NCBI GenBank assembly: GCA_965287045.1
Contig: OZ336877.1
Coordinates: 53,816,001 to 53,880,000, forward strand
Length of the DNA: 64,000 nucleotides
Direction of reading: 5' to 3'
Source: Carcharhinus amblyrhynchos
Taxonomy: Eukaryota
This document shows, piece by piece, positions 12,025 to 25,530 of the stretch. The position numbers and the translations under genes are program-made. The number at the start of each line of letters is the position of its first letter. Position 1 is the stretch's first letter. Under the pieces are notes generated by a model that had not been told where the DNA came from, searched no databases, and saw only the letters and a program-made list of their open reading frames with translations.

Positions 12025-12079
12025 CACATTCCCAATTTTTGTGCAGCCTCACATTCCCAATTTTTGTGCAGCCTCACAT
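12025..12079. repeat. Perfect 25-bp tandem duplication (2.2 copies)
   Basis: cacattcccaatttttgtgcagcct at 12025 and 12050. Confidence 0.9.
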
Positions 12080-12695
12080 CCATCTACCTTACAGGGAACA
12101 TTGCTTGCAACCTTACATTTCTTGTACAAAGTCTTATTTTGACAGATTCAGTTAACTTCCTGGCAAAATTCTCTAGTTTCCCAGCTGCGTGTTTCCTGGT
12201 AGTGGAAGGTGGTATGCTGTTTACTGGCAGCGGGATTCTTTGGTCCCACCGTTTCTATTGGCATTTCCCATTCATGGCACCCCATGCTACTGTGAAACCC
12301 CTGCACAGTTGCGCGCTGCAGGTAGAACTGAAGAATCCCATCGGCATGAGCGGCTGGAGATCGATAAACATATTTGTTTGGCACTACATGAGAAAGTTAT
12401 CAGACAACATGTGATATGATCCATAGACTTGTTTCTATGTTGGCCAGAAACATGGACCTGAATCTTGCAGTCAGCAGCAATGCTGTGCCCATTGTCCCTG
12501 CCCGTGAGATTTCCTGATCCAATCCAGCACAATTTTCCTGGGATAGTCCATTCCCAGCAGAAGAAGAAAATGCACAACAGTGCTTTTCCGGGTGAACTCC
12601 AGTAATTTTTTTTATTTATTCGTGAAACATGGGCATTGCTGGCTGGCCAGCATTTATTGTCCGTCCCTAGTAAAATCACAGTAGAGTAGGGAATA

Positions 12696-12982
12696 GGGGA
12701 CACACCTCCTTTCACAGCATTAGCACTCTGCCTCACAGTGCCACATTCCCAGTTTGGGTCACTGTCAGTGCGCAGTCTGCAGTTTCTCCCTGTGTCTGCA
12801 TGGGTTTCCTCTGGGTGCTCTGGTTTCCTTCCACAGTACAAAAGATGTGCTGGTTAGGTGCATTGGCCATGCTAAATTCTCCCTCCATGTACTCAAAGAG
12901 GCGCTGGAGAGTTGCAACTAGGGGATTTTCACAGGAACTTAAGTGTAAATGTAAGCCTATTTATAATAAATAAACTTATTTA
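12696..12982 (+). mobile_element. V-SINE-type SINE, alternative-tail subfamily
   Basis: V-domain at ~12775-12840. Tail ctaggggattttcacag...aatgtaagcctattt..aataaataaactt. Confidence 0.82.
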
Positions 12983-13559
12983 AAAGTACAATCTTCTAAT
13001 GAATGGGTCTGCATTAATGAATGGGTGACTGGATGAACAGGGAGTGAGTGAATGAGTGGGTGAGACAGTAGCTGCATAAGTGGGCGAGGTGGGTAACTGG
13101 ATGAGGAGGTAGTCAGACTCTAGGGCTGAAGGGCTTGCTGAGTGTTTGGTGATAGTTAGATTTGGTCAGGGATGGTGGTATTTGGATCAGGTCAAGGGGG
13201 TGGGTCTGATCATTGGAATAGTATGGTGGTCAAAGGCCATCAAAATAGGTCAGGAGGCTTGGTGATGGTGCAACCAGGTAGTCATGGGGGTACACAGGTC
13301 TGGTTGGGGTATAGTCAGGTACAGTTGGGATATTGCGGAGGATGGTTCTGGGTAGTGGTCTGGGTGGTGACTGGGAGGACTTCAGTTATGGAGTTGTTCT
13401 CGTCAGTCCCTCTAAGTCAAAGATAACTTGTTTCCAAACTAATAATGAGTTCTCAGGTGACTGGGGAGTCCAAATCTGTGACCTACAGTCTCTGTCACAG
13501 GTATGGCAGATCGTGGTTGGAGGAGTGTGTGGGTGGAGTCTCTGGGTTGTTATGTATTC

Positions 13560-16500
13560 CTTTCGTTGTTGACACTTGACTTCAACTTACTCTTGCTGAT
13601 GAAACCCTGAGTGTTCAGCTTCTTCCGAGATGCTTTGTCTCCACTTCGGGTGTTCTTGGGCCAGGAATTTCCAGGTATTGGTGGGGATGTTGCACCTTTT
13701 CCAGGAGGATTTGAGGGTGCCCTTGAAGTGATTCCTCTGCACTCCTGGGGCTTGTTTGCCATGTTGAAACTCTGAGTAGAGTGCTTGTTTCAAGAGCCTT
13801 ATGTCAAACATGTGTACAATGTAGCCCGTCCTCATGTGGCCCATAGAGCTGTTTGAGCATAATCTATGCTTTGATGCTGGGGATCTTGGCCTGAGTGAGA
13901 ACTGACATTGGTGTGCGTATCCTACCAGTGGATTTGATCTTATCCATTGCTCCGGCCTGGGAGGGCAGGTATCATGACTGTTCCGTAGACCGTGAGCATG
14001 GCGCCAGGTCTGAGATCTTGGTCTTCAAACACTGCTCCTTAAATGACCAAAGGCTGCACAGCACACTGAAGGTGGTTGAACCTCATTGTCAGTGTCTTCC
14101 CTGAGGTTCCCAAGGCATGGAAAGTGGTCCACATTGTCCAAGGCCCTGTTGTGGATTTTGATGTGATGTGATGGGCGAGGTGGTAGTTAAAGCCAAGCAT
14201 GGCAGCTAAAGGAATGTATGGCAATCCAGGCACTCCACCCACACACTCCTCCAAACACCATTTGCCCCACCTTAGGTTACGCATTTGGACACCGGAGAAA
14301 TAATTTTTAATTTGGAAGTAAGTGTTATGTGGCAGAGGCAGGTTGGCAGAGGACCTTTTGCACTTTTGCCTTACGGGTGTTTAATATAAGGCCCATGCTT
14401 TAGTACGTCTGTGTGAAGGTGTTGATAATGACTTGGAACTCAGCCTCTGAGTGTGCACAAATACGAGCATCATCCATAGTTCAATGACAGATAGGATGAC
14501 CTTAGATCTGACCTGCAGGCAGTGGAGATTGAACAGATTCCTGTTTGTTCTGTGGTTTAACCCCATTCCAATGGGGAGCTTGATGAGGATGAAATGGAGC
14601 ATTGCAGCAAGTAAAATGGAGAAAAGCTTCAGCGTGATTACACAGCTTGACCCCAGTCTGAACATGAATTGGGTCTGGTGGATCCATTGATCAGGATCAC
14701 AGCTTGCATGTCATCATATAGCAGGTGGAGGATAGTGACAGATCTTTGGGGGAAGCCAAAATGTAGGAGAATGTTCCATAATCCCTCATGATTGACAGAA
14801 TCGAAGGCCGTTGTGATGTCAAAGAAGGCTATGTACAAAATGCTGTTGCCTGCATTCCTCTTGAAGTTGCTGCAAGGTGAAGATCATATCTGTTGTGCCC
14901 CCTAGTGTGCAGAATTCACATTGTGATTCTGGGGGGGGCGCTCTTCAGCCAGTGGATAAAGGTGATTAAGGAGGGCTATTGCAATGACTTACCCTGTGGC
15001 CAACAGCAGGGAAATTCCTCTTCAATTACTGCAGTCAGACTTATCACCTTTTTATGAAGATTATGGCACCTCTGAGGTCTCTCGGCATGTTCCCATTGTT
15101 CTAGATCAGGCAAAGAGGTCGTGTAATTGCGTCAGTAGTGCTTCTGTACCATGTTTTAGTGCTTTGATGGGGTTTCCATTTGCTCCTGATACATTATGCT
15201 TCTTTGCTGTCAGATGGCCTTTTCTACCTTTGCTGGATTGGGGTTCTGCTGAGATAGTGACAAGGTAGTATGCTGTGGTATGGAGTTGAGGACAATCATA
15301 TTGCAGACAGTCTCTGCTATAGAAGTATTTGAAGTGCTCTTTCCAACTGGTGCTGATTGCCTCACTGTTCTTGGTGAACACCTCTATGTTCTTGGCCACC
15401 GTTGGGATTGGATCCTGGGTGCTTGGGCAATAGGTGGTTTTGACTGCACTAAAGAATCCTCGCATGTCATTGTTGACTGCTAACTGCTAGTTCTCCTGCG
15501 CTTTCTCCACTACCATCCATTCTTTAGGTTGCAGGTTTTTACTGGACCTTAGCCTTCAACTGTGTCAAGAGCTGTTTTCTTGCCCTCGAACTGAGTTGCT
15601 GTTTCAGGTTCGGAAAAGCCGTGCTTGTGGGTTATGAGGTCTTGGATCTCATGGTTGTTCTCATCAAACTAGTCTTGGTGTTACCTTTTGAGGCCTTCTG
15701 CATCCTTGTGTACATTCCCTTTGACTAATTACATCTCTCCCCCATCCTCAGAGTATAAATTTCTCCTGATATTCTCTGCTCTTAGTTCTGACAAAAGGTC
15801 ATCTAGACTTGAAATGTTGGCTCTATTCTCGCTCCACAGAAACAGATTTTCCAGCGTTTTCTGTTTTTGTTTCAATTTCCAGAATCCACAGTACTTTGCT
15901 TTTATATCAGTCTTGGTGTTTCCTGGTCAAGTCACCAAGTATTTCTTTGCAGGTGCTGATTATGGAGATCTCGAGTGCAGACCAGGCTCTGTGGACACTG
16001 TGTCTCTGGGTTACCATGAGTGGTCAGGTTGGAAGTGAGGCACTGGCTGAATTGGGCTTTCTTGTCAACATCTTTGAGTGCCTCGGTGTTGATTTTCCTG
16101 CAGCGTTGTTTCTGTTGCTGTGGCTGCTTTGGGGTTATATTGATGTTGATCCATGCAGAAGTCATCAGCTTCTGCCAAGCGTGGGTGATACACATGTTCT
16201 TGCAGTCTCTCGCATGGATGATAACATAGTCGGGCAGGTGCCAATGCTTGGAGGGAAGCTATTGTCATGAGGCTTTGTATTTGTCCTTCTGGCAGAAGTA
16301 GGTGTTGCTTATTAAAAGGTCGTGTTCTAAGCGTTTTGTCAGCAGCAGAGCACCATTATTGCTGAACTTCCCGACCCCCTCTTTGCCGAGTAGACCTCTC
16401 CAGAGGTTTGTGTCCAACTCTGGTGTTGAAATCGAACTCAGGCCAAGGATCGTTTGAGGCTGGAATAAAATTCCTCTTTGGACTCGTCCATAATTTGCAG

Positions 16501-16900
16501 TGTTACGACGTATGCACCAAGGACGGCAGCGCACTGGTTCTGGGCTAAGGTGAATCAAAGATCATGAGGCATTCCTTTATCCCACATGGAAAACCTCTGA
16601 GATGGCCAACTAGTTTGTTTTTAATGGCAAAATGCCTGAACTCCTAGGCGACGATAGTAATACATTTTTCTGGCCTGTCACTGTTAGGTTTGTCCCTGAG
16701 GGTCCTGAATTTCACTTAAAGGATTGGATGATGCCTGTGCATGGGTTCTTTGAATGTGGGATGGCCATTGCACACCAGCTACCACACTGGATTGACAGAA
16801 CAAAGCCTTGGTCCAGTAGCAAGGGGGTCCAAGACAACTGGAGACCATGCTCACCTGTACAGTTCTAGATCATACATAGTATACACATACATACTTCTAT
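13560..16900 (-). mobile_element. Decayed near-full-length RTE-clade LINE
   Basis: Minus-strand fragments run from the endonuclease (LGAYVVTL..DESKEEFYSSL; GKEGVGKFSNNGALLL...LISNTYFCQKDKYK) through RT (MRGFFSAVKTTY; YIAFFDITTAFDSVNHEGLW; VQTGVKLC) to the C-terminus (GYIVHMFDIRLLKQALYSEFQHGK). Many stops and frameshifts. Confidence 0.88.
15720..15908 (+). mobile_element. Penelope-like terminal repeat fragment nested in the RTE, with a decayed hammerhead-like core
   Basis: ctgacaaaaggtcatctagacttgaaatgttgg...ttttccagcgttttctg is the same repeat as at 55.1 kb and 61.9 kb. Confidence 0.65.
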
Positions 16901-17644
16901 TGTCCTCCTTTCTCCTTCCCGCAGGACCTCGCTTCCTCTGATTCATAAGGTGGAGTGATGGCCTTGTGAGCTCCTGAGGGTGGCATTGGCCTCTCACTGT
17001 TAATGGCCTTGTTGCTCATCTCTTGCTGTTGTGTTCCCATTGCTCCTCTCTCATTCTTCTGGGTAGTGGTTATTGCCTCTGGGTCCTCTGTTCACCCAGG
17101 TGTTAGACCAGGTTTTAAACTGTCTAGCATTTCTTGGGTATCAAGGTAAGGCATTCTGTTCTGTCCCAACTGCCTGACTCTAGCTCAAGATCAGAGACAT
17201 TCGCGAAAGGACCAGGCCAGCAAGGTGTCAGCACATCAGAAGTTTAAACTTCTTGAGAACTCCCACATACTTCCATAGGGTTTGGATGCATATCTTCGGT
17301 TGTAAGTCTGGTGTCTGACAGAAGAGACCAGAAGATTTGGACCACAGAAATATCATAGCCAATTCCTACTGCACTATAGTCACCTTGTCTTTCTATACTT
17401 TTTCTGTAAGGCAGCTCTTGAGGTGATTCAGATGTTTTCACTAAGCACTGTTGAGATGTGACAGCTCAGAAGACTATGTGAGTTGGTCCAAACGTTTATG
17501 TTTTCAGTACCCCATCTGCCCATTTTCTGCACTGCTTTATGTGTGCAGGTTGCAAGAATAAGGAAGAACATAAAATTTTTATTGTAAATTTGGATTTTCC
17601 TTTTTCTTCAAACTGTATATAAATGTAACATCACTGTTTGAGAA

Positions 17645-18362
17645 ACAAGAGAGAGAGAAAACTGGGAACTACATACCAGTTAGCCTAATGTCAGTCAGTA
17701 GGAAATTGCTGTTATCTATCATCAAGGAAGTCTTAAAAATGCATTTAGAAAATCATAGTATGATCAAATATGGTCAACTTGGTTTTACAAAATGAAATCA
17801 CGTTTGATAAATTGATTAGAAATGTTTTAGGATGTAACTAGTAGGTTGGATAAGACAGAACCAGTATATGTAGTATACTCAGATTTCCAAAAGACATACA
17901 ATAAGGTACCACACAAGTGGTTAATACACAAGATAAGAGCTCATGGAGTTGCGAGCAATACATTAGCACGGATTGGTTAATGGACAGAAAGCAAAGAGTG
18001 GAATTTAATAGGATATTTTCAAGTTAGCATGTTGTGACCAGTGGAGTGCTCCAAGGATCACTCCTTGGGCCACATCTAATTACAATTCATATTAACAATT
18101 AGACAAAGAAGAAATGTGTCTAGGTTTGCTGATTATACAAGTCTAGATGGGAATGTAAACTGCCAAGTGGTCACAGAGAGGCTGCAGAGAGACATAGACA
18201 GGTTAAGTGAGTGGGAAACAAAAATGGCAGATGGAATATGGGGAAGTGTTAGGGTAATCAACTTGGCAGTAAGAATAGAAAAACAGAATATTTTTTAAAA
18301 GTCGCGAAACTTATAAATGTTGATATGCCAAGGGAGTTTGGTGTACTTGTACAAGGAACAAA
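17645..18362 (+). mobile_element. Decayed CR1 RT fragment
   Basis: Remnants of the motifs NY.PVSL, DFQK, GV.QGS.LGP and SRFADYT...ERLQRDIDRLSEW. Confidence 0.85.
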
Positions 18363-20377
18363 GAGGCTGGGATTTTGTGGTCCAGTGAAGGAGCTGGATT
18401 TGTAAATAATATGGTTGCAGAGACATGAGAAAGGAAGTCCCACCTCTGTTTCTGTCTCTGCCCATTTTCAGTGGCGCAGGAAAGGAAGTGGATCAGAAAC
18501 ATGTCATGTGTTTCATTAGAAGCTGTCACTGCCATTGTAGAAATAAGCATTTTGGAACTTCTAGAATTTTCATGGAGTGGCTGTGTTTTGATATGCCTGG
18601 GAAAACTAATTTCAGTTCTCTTTATCACTTGATAAGCAAAAGTAGCTACATATGATGCACTATAAGGATCAATCATGCTTGCCACATTTTCTGAAGTACC
18701 TCTCCAGGTCTACAAGTTAACAGCATGAAGGTGATAGCATTGTCTGCCCCAAGTGTAAGAAGGACATTTGTTGTAGGTGAGAAACAGACAGTGACCTTAG
18801 TTATGTTTTCACATGATAGTGAAAGAAATAGTTACTTGGGTATAGGTGAAACTTTTAACACATTTCTTTACATACTGTCACCATTCTTTCAAATATAATC
18901 AGCATTGCTATTTTTGTATAGAGCAATATTTCTGCTGTGAAGAGAACTTTAGAATATAGTGCAGTTTTTCAAACATTTAGTTGTTGCTTTCATGATTCAA
19001 ATTAAATGGCTACAGCACTTCACATCTTAGCAATTTGTATAGTTTGTTAAGGCTTAATTTTGAAAGAAGAAAGAAAGGTATTTCTTGTTCCTAATGGTAA
19101 ACTTACGGGGCAAACTTTTAACTATCTTTATGGCATGAGACAGTGCAGATCATATACTTATACCTTTATGACATTAACTTACTTTTGTTTTTACTTTGTT
19201 CATTGAATTATTTTCAAAAGGTGTGAAGCTTCATTTATTGGCCAAATTTAATTATCTGTGAAGCTTTAGTTCTATGTAAATTTAAAAAGATGTTACATTA
19301 TAGTAACAGTATACTTAGGAAAAGTAATATTTTTAATGGGAGATTGAATGGTTAAGTGCTATCACTGACTGATCCTAGATTGTTATTGAGACTTACACTT
19401 GGCCCTGTATCCTTTTCCTAGTTTTCAATGGAGTGGGCTACATGTGCTGAACTGATACAGAGCAAATGATCTCTTTGTGACTCATCTGGTCGCTGTATTA
19501 GGTTACTAATCTCTTTAGAGGCTGGTCATTAGCTCATACTCAGCAGAGATCTGGAGGGGAGCATGATAAAGCACCTAAATTCACTCTTCAACTAATATTT
19601 TCAAAAACTTTCAATGCGGTTGAACCATAAACACTGATGATTTTTAATGGAGTGTTGGCTTGCTTGAAATTAATTATTTTTAAACCATTAGAAGCCCTAA
19701 CACCAAATTCAATGAACAAATGTTATGGAATGTTTTCACCTTTACCGCTTAGGCAATAAGCTGGTGGAGTGGATCGCCCATTTGATTTTTCATCATATTA
19801 AAATCAGTGGGATGAAAATTGGGGGAGTTCTATCATAAGTGGATGGACTGCTCCCTTGGTATTTTATTGCCAAGTGATGATGATGAAAATCGTCCCCTCC
19901 ATCTTTAAGTGTATAAAAATCAAAATGACTTATAAGCGTAACAGTACATGAAATAGAATAGGCAGTATTACAAATGTCTTTATTTATCACTCGGTCAAAT
20001 TATATTTCAGCACTTCAGGAAGACAGATTAAGTGCAATACTCCAGTGTAGTTAACCATAAATGTATAAAACACAACATAACTTTTCTGAAATATCAATGT
20101 AAAGACATACTGGAGTAAATCACAAGTTCAAGCTACAATTTTAGTATCAGGGTAAAAAACACAGTTTCTCAATCAAGTACTTTTTAGATTTCTGTAGATT
20201 CAGATCAAAGAACTTTAAGTTATCTGGATATTTTTATAGCAGTTGCCATATTTCTTATGTGTCTTTGTATTTACTTGCTGCTTATAAATTCATAAAGACA
20301 ATAACCAAAATACAGTAAGTTCATAGGGAAACTCTTTTTTGAAAGTAAAAATTGTAACAAATTTCTTCTGTCTACAG

Positions 20378-20670
20378 CCCAGAAGGGAATTCTACATCTC
20401 TCCCCTGATGTTTATCAAGAAATGGAAGCAAGTCGTAACAAGGCAGCACCTACAATGAACTATTTGACATCTAAAGAAATAAACCAAGGATGTAGTTCAT
20501 TCTTCAGCACTACCAGCAACACTGCAACTATTGCAAGGGAGCTTCTTTTGAATGGGACATCCCCAACTGCAGAAGCTATAAGTTTGAAAGGAAAAGCACC
20601 TGCTTCCCCCTGTTCAGCAGTACAGCCCTCTCAACAACTTGAGTACTTAGCCAGAATCCAAGGTTTCCAG
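20378..20670 (+). CDS. STAU2: STAU2 internal coding exon (tubulin-binding region / Staufen-swapping motif / start of dsRBD5)
   Basis: Acceptor tttcttctgtctacag ends at 20377 and donor CAG|gtgggg starts at 20671. The frame reads QKGILHLSPDVYQEMEASRNK...ATIARELLLNGTSPTAEAISLKG...PCSAVQPSQQLEYLARIQGFQ, closely matching vertebrate STAU2 as I recall it (PKGILHLSPDVYQEMEASRH...ATIARELLMNGTS...QPSKQLEYLARIQGFQ). 293 nt, phase 1 in, phase 0 out. Confidence 0.96.
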
Positions 20671-21599
20671 GTGGGGAAAGTGAAACTCTTTAATGGTTAA
20701 TTATTTTTTAAAAAATCTTATAGTATTTGGAACTATACATAGAATTTTCCATATTCAAATTTGTTTCCCAAGATTAATGGGGCACCAATGTATCCACATA
20801 TGAAATATTTATTGTATCAACAGGTTATGTCCAAGCATAATCACTTCTATTTGTCATTTTCCTGCTCATTTTCTTTCTCAGATCAGCTTATAAAAGGGAT
20901 TGCAAGTTTCAATAAGTTGAAGTTGAGAAATGCATTGTGAGCTAAATTAGCTCACAGTACGACTTAGTCCTATGCTTGGAAGCTGTCAGGCAATCCAATT
21001 AGTTGGAAGTTCTAGCAGTCCCAGACGAGAGCACCAAGAACTGGTGAAACCACCTCACCCAATAGCCTGCCTTACCTCAGTCTGGGATCCGTTGGGATCC
21101 CTTCTTATGACTCGTTGCAGTCCTGGCAGCACTGGGATCCCAGACTGAGGTAAGGCAAGATATTGGGAGGAGCAGGTTTGGCCAGTTTAGGGTTGTGAGG
21201 TAGAGGGGTGGATGTTGGAGAGCAGGGGGAGGGGGGCTACTATCTTGGGGGCTGTCCCCAATGCATAAAGTAGTTGCACTTCCTTCCTGTCCTTTTGAAA
21301 AACTTACTAAAAAAAATAATCTTCCCAATCCTGCTTGCCCGCACTCACCAACCATATTATGATGTGGGCAGTGTATTATCGATTCAGTTGACTTGTTAAC
21401 AAGCTCAATTGACACTCATTCAATTCATATGCTGGGCAGGCTGCCCACCTACCCTGTTTATGGGAGTGAGCTCAGGGATGGAAAGGGAGGTAGTGGGCTG
21501 GGCACCTACTCTAATTTGCATGCCCACCCCAGCTGAAACACATTCTGCAGGGGGCATGTAAGGTCCAACCCATTGTCTCATGCTGCGTGAAGTTTCATG

Positions 21600-21890
21600 G
21601 TGCCAGCAACCCTCAAGTAATGGTTATTATCTGTAAGCCACACCATCTGTTTCAGTAGGATATTGAACTATAGAGGGCATCACAACCAAGCCAGACCCTT
21701 TCCTCACCCAACATATGAACAAACATACTTAACAGCTGGAGATCTCAGACAGTAATCGGTGGAGGAATGTGAACATTTTATTTCACCTTCCTATCCAGGC
21801 TTTTGAGAAGAATTGTTGCCACCTGAGATAAACATGCACCATAAATCAAATATGAAACATTTTGATTCCATGGCTATGTATCTGACAATG
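21600..21890 (-). mobile_element. Old SINE-like repeat, same family as 1975-2335
   Basis: gggcatcacaaccaagccagaccc is the reverse counterpart of the gatcaggctgtattgtgataccc block. Confidence 0.5.
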
Positions 21891-23299
21891 CAGACTCTTC
21901 AACCAATTAATAATCAAAACAGCCAGTGTTTACTGTTGTGTTAGTATTTTCCTTAATGAAATTTAATTTTTATTACACTTTTTCCTCCATAGTGATCCAT
22001 AGCTACAATTTTAAACTGTAAAGTAATATTAGCAGAGCCCAGCCAGGTTAAGTGTAAGCTATATGACAGAGAACAGTAGTTTTCCGGTACTGTAATCTGA
22101 TTACTGTTGAATCAGTATAAACAATATAATTAGTCACTACAGCACCATAGAATTCTGGTAAATTGGTGAATTAAGGTTACTTTAGATTCTTAATTGTGTC
22201 ATCAACATGCGCTGACGTGAAGACTGGATTTTCTGTCTCCCGACACACACACTGCCCCCCTCATCATTCTCCCTCCCTCTTCATCATTCCCCCTTTCCCA
22301 CCACCACACTCCAGGGACCAGGATCTAAGTCAGGAAGGCAAGTCCTGGCTCCACCATGCTTCCAGGACACTTTTGCAGAGATGGTATCAGGGCCTGAGGC
22401 TAGTAGCCAATCAGACTCATTAAGAGCCAAATTGAGGCCAGGTAAAGGAAAGTTCTAGTTGGCCTCCTGGTTCCTGCACTGACAAGAGCCATTTTAGTTA
22501 CCAGGATGCAGTCACTCAGCAAAAGGGTGGGTGTTCTGCATTCCACACAGGCCTAGAAACTCTTATCAGCCTGGATACATAGCCAGCACATAAAGGTGGC
22601 CTGTAAGAGGGTTGCTCCCTACTATGTTGTTCCAGCTCCTAAATCTATTTTTAATTTAAGATTTTAAAAAGCTGGGGAAAGGGCATCTTCATTTTTAAAC
22701 ACCTTCATTCTTACTTATCTACCATTGCAGTTTGCTGTTCCTTTAAGGTTGTAAGGCTGCTAATTGTCCCACCAGCTTCAAGCGCCCACTCGCCGTTCTT
22801 AATTGGACAGAGAAACTGATTGGAATTGTCGAGCCAGGCATGCCACATTACTGCTGCCACTGCTTATTGTTATCTTTTTTGAAGCAGAAACAATCCCAAA
22901 TTTACAGGAGTAGAATGTAAAAGCACTTTTATTGCACCATCATTTTACCATTATGATTCGCATTGTACTAAATTAATAATGTTCTGATGAGCCATCGACA
23001 TATACACAACTTTAGGTCATTATTGCATGAGAAGCCACCAAGAGATTTGGGTCTGGTATCTGAAGGACAAGCAAATAAAATGCCTGATTTAGTATGGATT
23101 TGATCTTGGTAACCTCTGTTACAGTTTTGTATCACATTAAACATTGGACCAGATTTTGTGATCAGTAGCAAACAAATGGCGAGGGCCATTTGTTACACTT
23201 GCCCATAGAGCTGTGGGTTTTTGCAATTACTTTTCTAGTTGTTAGAGAGTCGCAAAAGAATGGAACTCTTTGAAGAGGATCTGTAGCCTTTTTGAACTG

Positions 23300-24205
23300 A
23301 GGACATTGTGGCTAAGTTTGCAGATGATACAAAGAAAGGTAGAGGGAAGTGTAGTATTGAGGAAGTGGGGGAAGCTGCAGAAGGACTTGAACAGGTTAGG
23401 AGAGTGGGCAGATGGAATACAATGTGGGAAAATGTCAGGTTATGCACTTCGCTAGAAAAAATAGAGGCGTTGACTATTTTCTAAATGGGGAGAGAATTCG
23501 GAAGCACACAGGGACTTGGGAGTTCTAGTTCAGGACTCTCTTAAAGTTAACTTGCAAGTTGAATTGATGGTAAGGAAGGCAAATGCAATGTAAGCATTCA
23601 TTTCAAAAGGACCAGAATACAAAAGCAGGGACATTTTGCTGAGTCTTTATAAGGCTCTGGAAAGACCAAAGTTAGAATATTGTGAGCAATTTTGGGCCCC
23701 ATATCTAAGGAAGGATATGTTGGCTTTGGAGAGGATCCAGAGGAGGTTCACGAGAATGATCTCAGGAATGAAAAGCTTGATGAATGAGGAGCCTTTGAGG
23801 AATCTGGGTCTGTACTCGATGGAGTTTAGAAGGATGAAAGGGAATCTCATAAAAACTTAGAGAATATTGAAAAGCCTGGATAGAAAGGGGAAGATGTTTC
23901 AATTAGTGGGAGAGATTGGATTTGAGGGCCGAGCCTCAGAGTAAAGACGCAATCTTTTAGAACTGAGATGTGGAGGAATTTCTTCAGCCAGAGGCTGGTG
24001 GATCTGTGGAATACTTTGCCACAGAAGGCTGTGGAGGCCAGGTCATTGAGTGTATTTAAGACAAAGATAAATAAATAGGTTCTTGATTGGTAAGAGGATC
24101 AAAGGTTACAGGGAAAAGGTAGAGAAACATATCAGTCATGATTGAATGGCGGAGAAGACTCAATGGACTGAAAAGCCTAACACTGCTCTTAGATCTTATG
24201 GTCTT
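23300..24205 (+). mobile_element. CR1 3' fragment of intermediate age
   Basis: KFADDTK, LYKALERPKLEYCEQFWAPYLRKDMLALERIQRRFTRMI, and a 3' tail (tcttagatcttatggtctta). Confidence 0.92.
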
Positions 24206-25194
24206 AAGGAAACTGGGCAACTCAGTTACCAACTTCATGTTTTATGTTTTTTGTGTTTAACATGTACATATGCCAGAGGTGGCTGTCCAATTTGTTCTTT
24301 AATCATGATGAGCAAAAGCCTTACTGTTAATTCTCCCTAATAGGTTTAGATGACAAGAATATTTTTAATTGATAATTTTGGGATCTCATTTGCCATTCAT
24401 GCCATGTGCACACTACAGCAAGGTCGGAGAATTTGGCGACCAGCCAAATCTCCATTCATTGCAGCGGGATGGAAAAATCTCACCAGCGTGAACGGTGACG
24501 AGATTCTGGCTTTTTGATTAAATTGTACGCTCGATAAATTGAATGTACAACATTCAGGAGCACAAAAAAAATTTGCAATGGGTATCATCATGTGCACAGC
24601 CAGCAGGGAAGGGGAATCATAATTAATTGTAAATTATCAACTTGCCACATGAATTTTTTTATAATTTTTAATTTATCATGGTCAAGGATCACAGTGACAA
24701 GTTTAGAAATTAAAATTACTCTAATTGTGGAACATTCCTTACAATAGGATCAAATTGTTGTGTAATTCTCATAAATTAGAGAATTTTGAAACCACTAAAG
24801 GATTGAAAAGAGTGGTTTTCCTTATTCTTCTGCAGATTACAGAGAAATTTCAAGACTTGTATACAACATTGAAAATCAATGAGGAATTGAAGAAAACATC
24901 ATTGGCTTAATTTCTGGAAATATTTTCTTTCATAAATGCTTTACTGCAATCTGTATGACTGTCCTAATTACCAACCATAAATTATCAAATGTATTTTCTT
25001 CTCAAACATCATGGATACCGAACCTACCTGCTAACAAATTGTACATAATCTGCTCATTAAAAATTAAAAAGCAATATTTTGGTATCATGACCAAATACTT
25101 CGGCAATGCTGACAGAAGTGGAAAGAAAGTAATTTACGAAAGGATAATGCGGGCCGGAGAATTTTCTGGCTATCCCATTAGGTATAATATTGGG

Positions 25195-25530
25195 TGTTGT
25201 TGAGCCATACAGACCAGTAAAGCCGCTGCTTTGATCTCTGCTGTGCACTGAGTTAGATTGTCTCAACTGAAGCAGTGGTAGGCTTCCCAGTGGCCAGAGC
25301 ACATTGGACCAGTGAATTTTTTAAAAAGCCGATGTTTCAGTTTCTATTCACTGCACAATAACCTCTGCAAATACATGCTGAGAGAGAGGGTTCAGGTGTG
25401 ATTCCTTTCATGGAAAAATAACATACTGGCACATACTAAATTGGTAGTGATTACTTTGTACCAGAGAGCTGCCAGCATCTATGAATTGAGTCCCTAGCCT
25501 TGGGGACAACAAATGAGAAAAGAAGAGAAA
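25195..25530 (+). mobile_element. Old SINE-like repeat, same family as 1975-2335
   Basis: Head tgagccatacagaccag...ctgagttagattgtctca and shared downstream blocks. Confidence 0.5.

Noticed and set aside
12025-12079. CRISPR-like direct repeat
   Set aside because: Two abutting copies with no spacer in a vertebrate intron; a simple tandem duplication.
16440-16560. CpG-rich patch that looked like a separate insertion in the RTE
   Set aside because: An alternative frame gives LGAYVVTL..DESKEEFYSSL, which is the RTE endonuclease itself.
1-20377. The short STAU2 exon expected upstream (…ENKGW…) and, after 49358, the AALSALKQF exon
   Set aside because: I scanned by eye and found no match with splice sites. 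They probably lie outside the window, though a diverged ~60-nt exon could have been missed.
20671-20700. ORF-track extension VGKVKLFNG* and ATG start at 20422
   Set aside because: Homology begins upstream of the ATG and ends at the GT donor. This is an internal exon, not a standalone gene.
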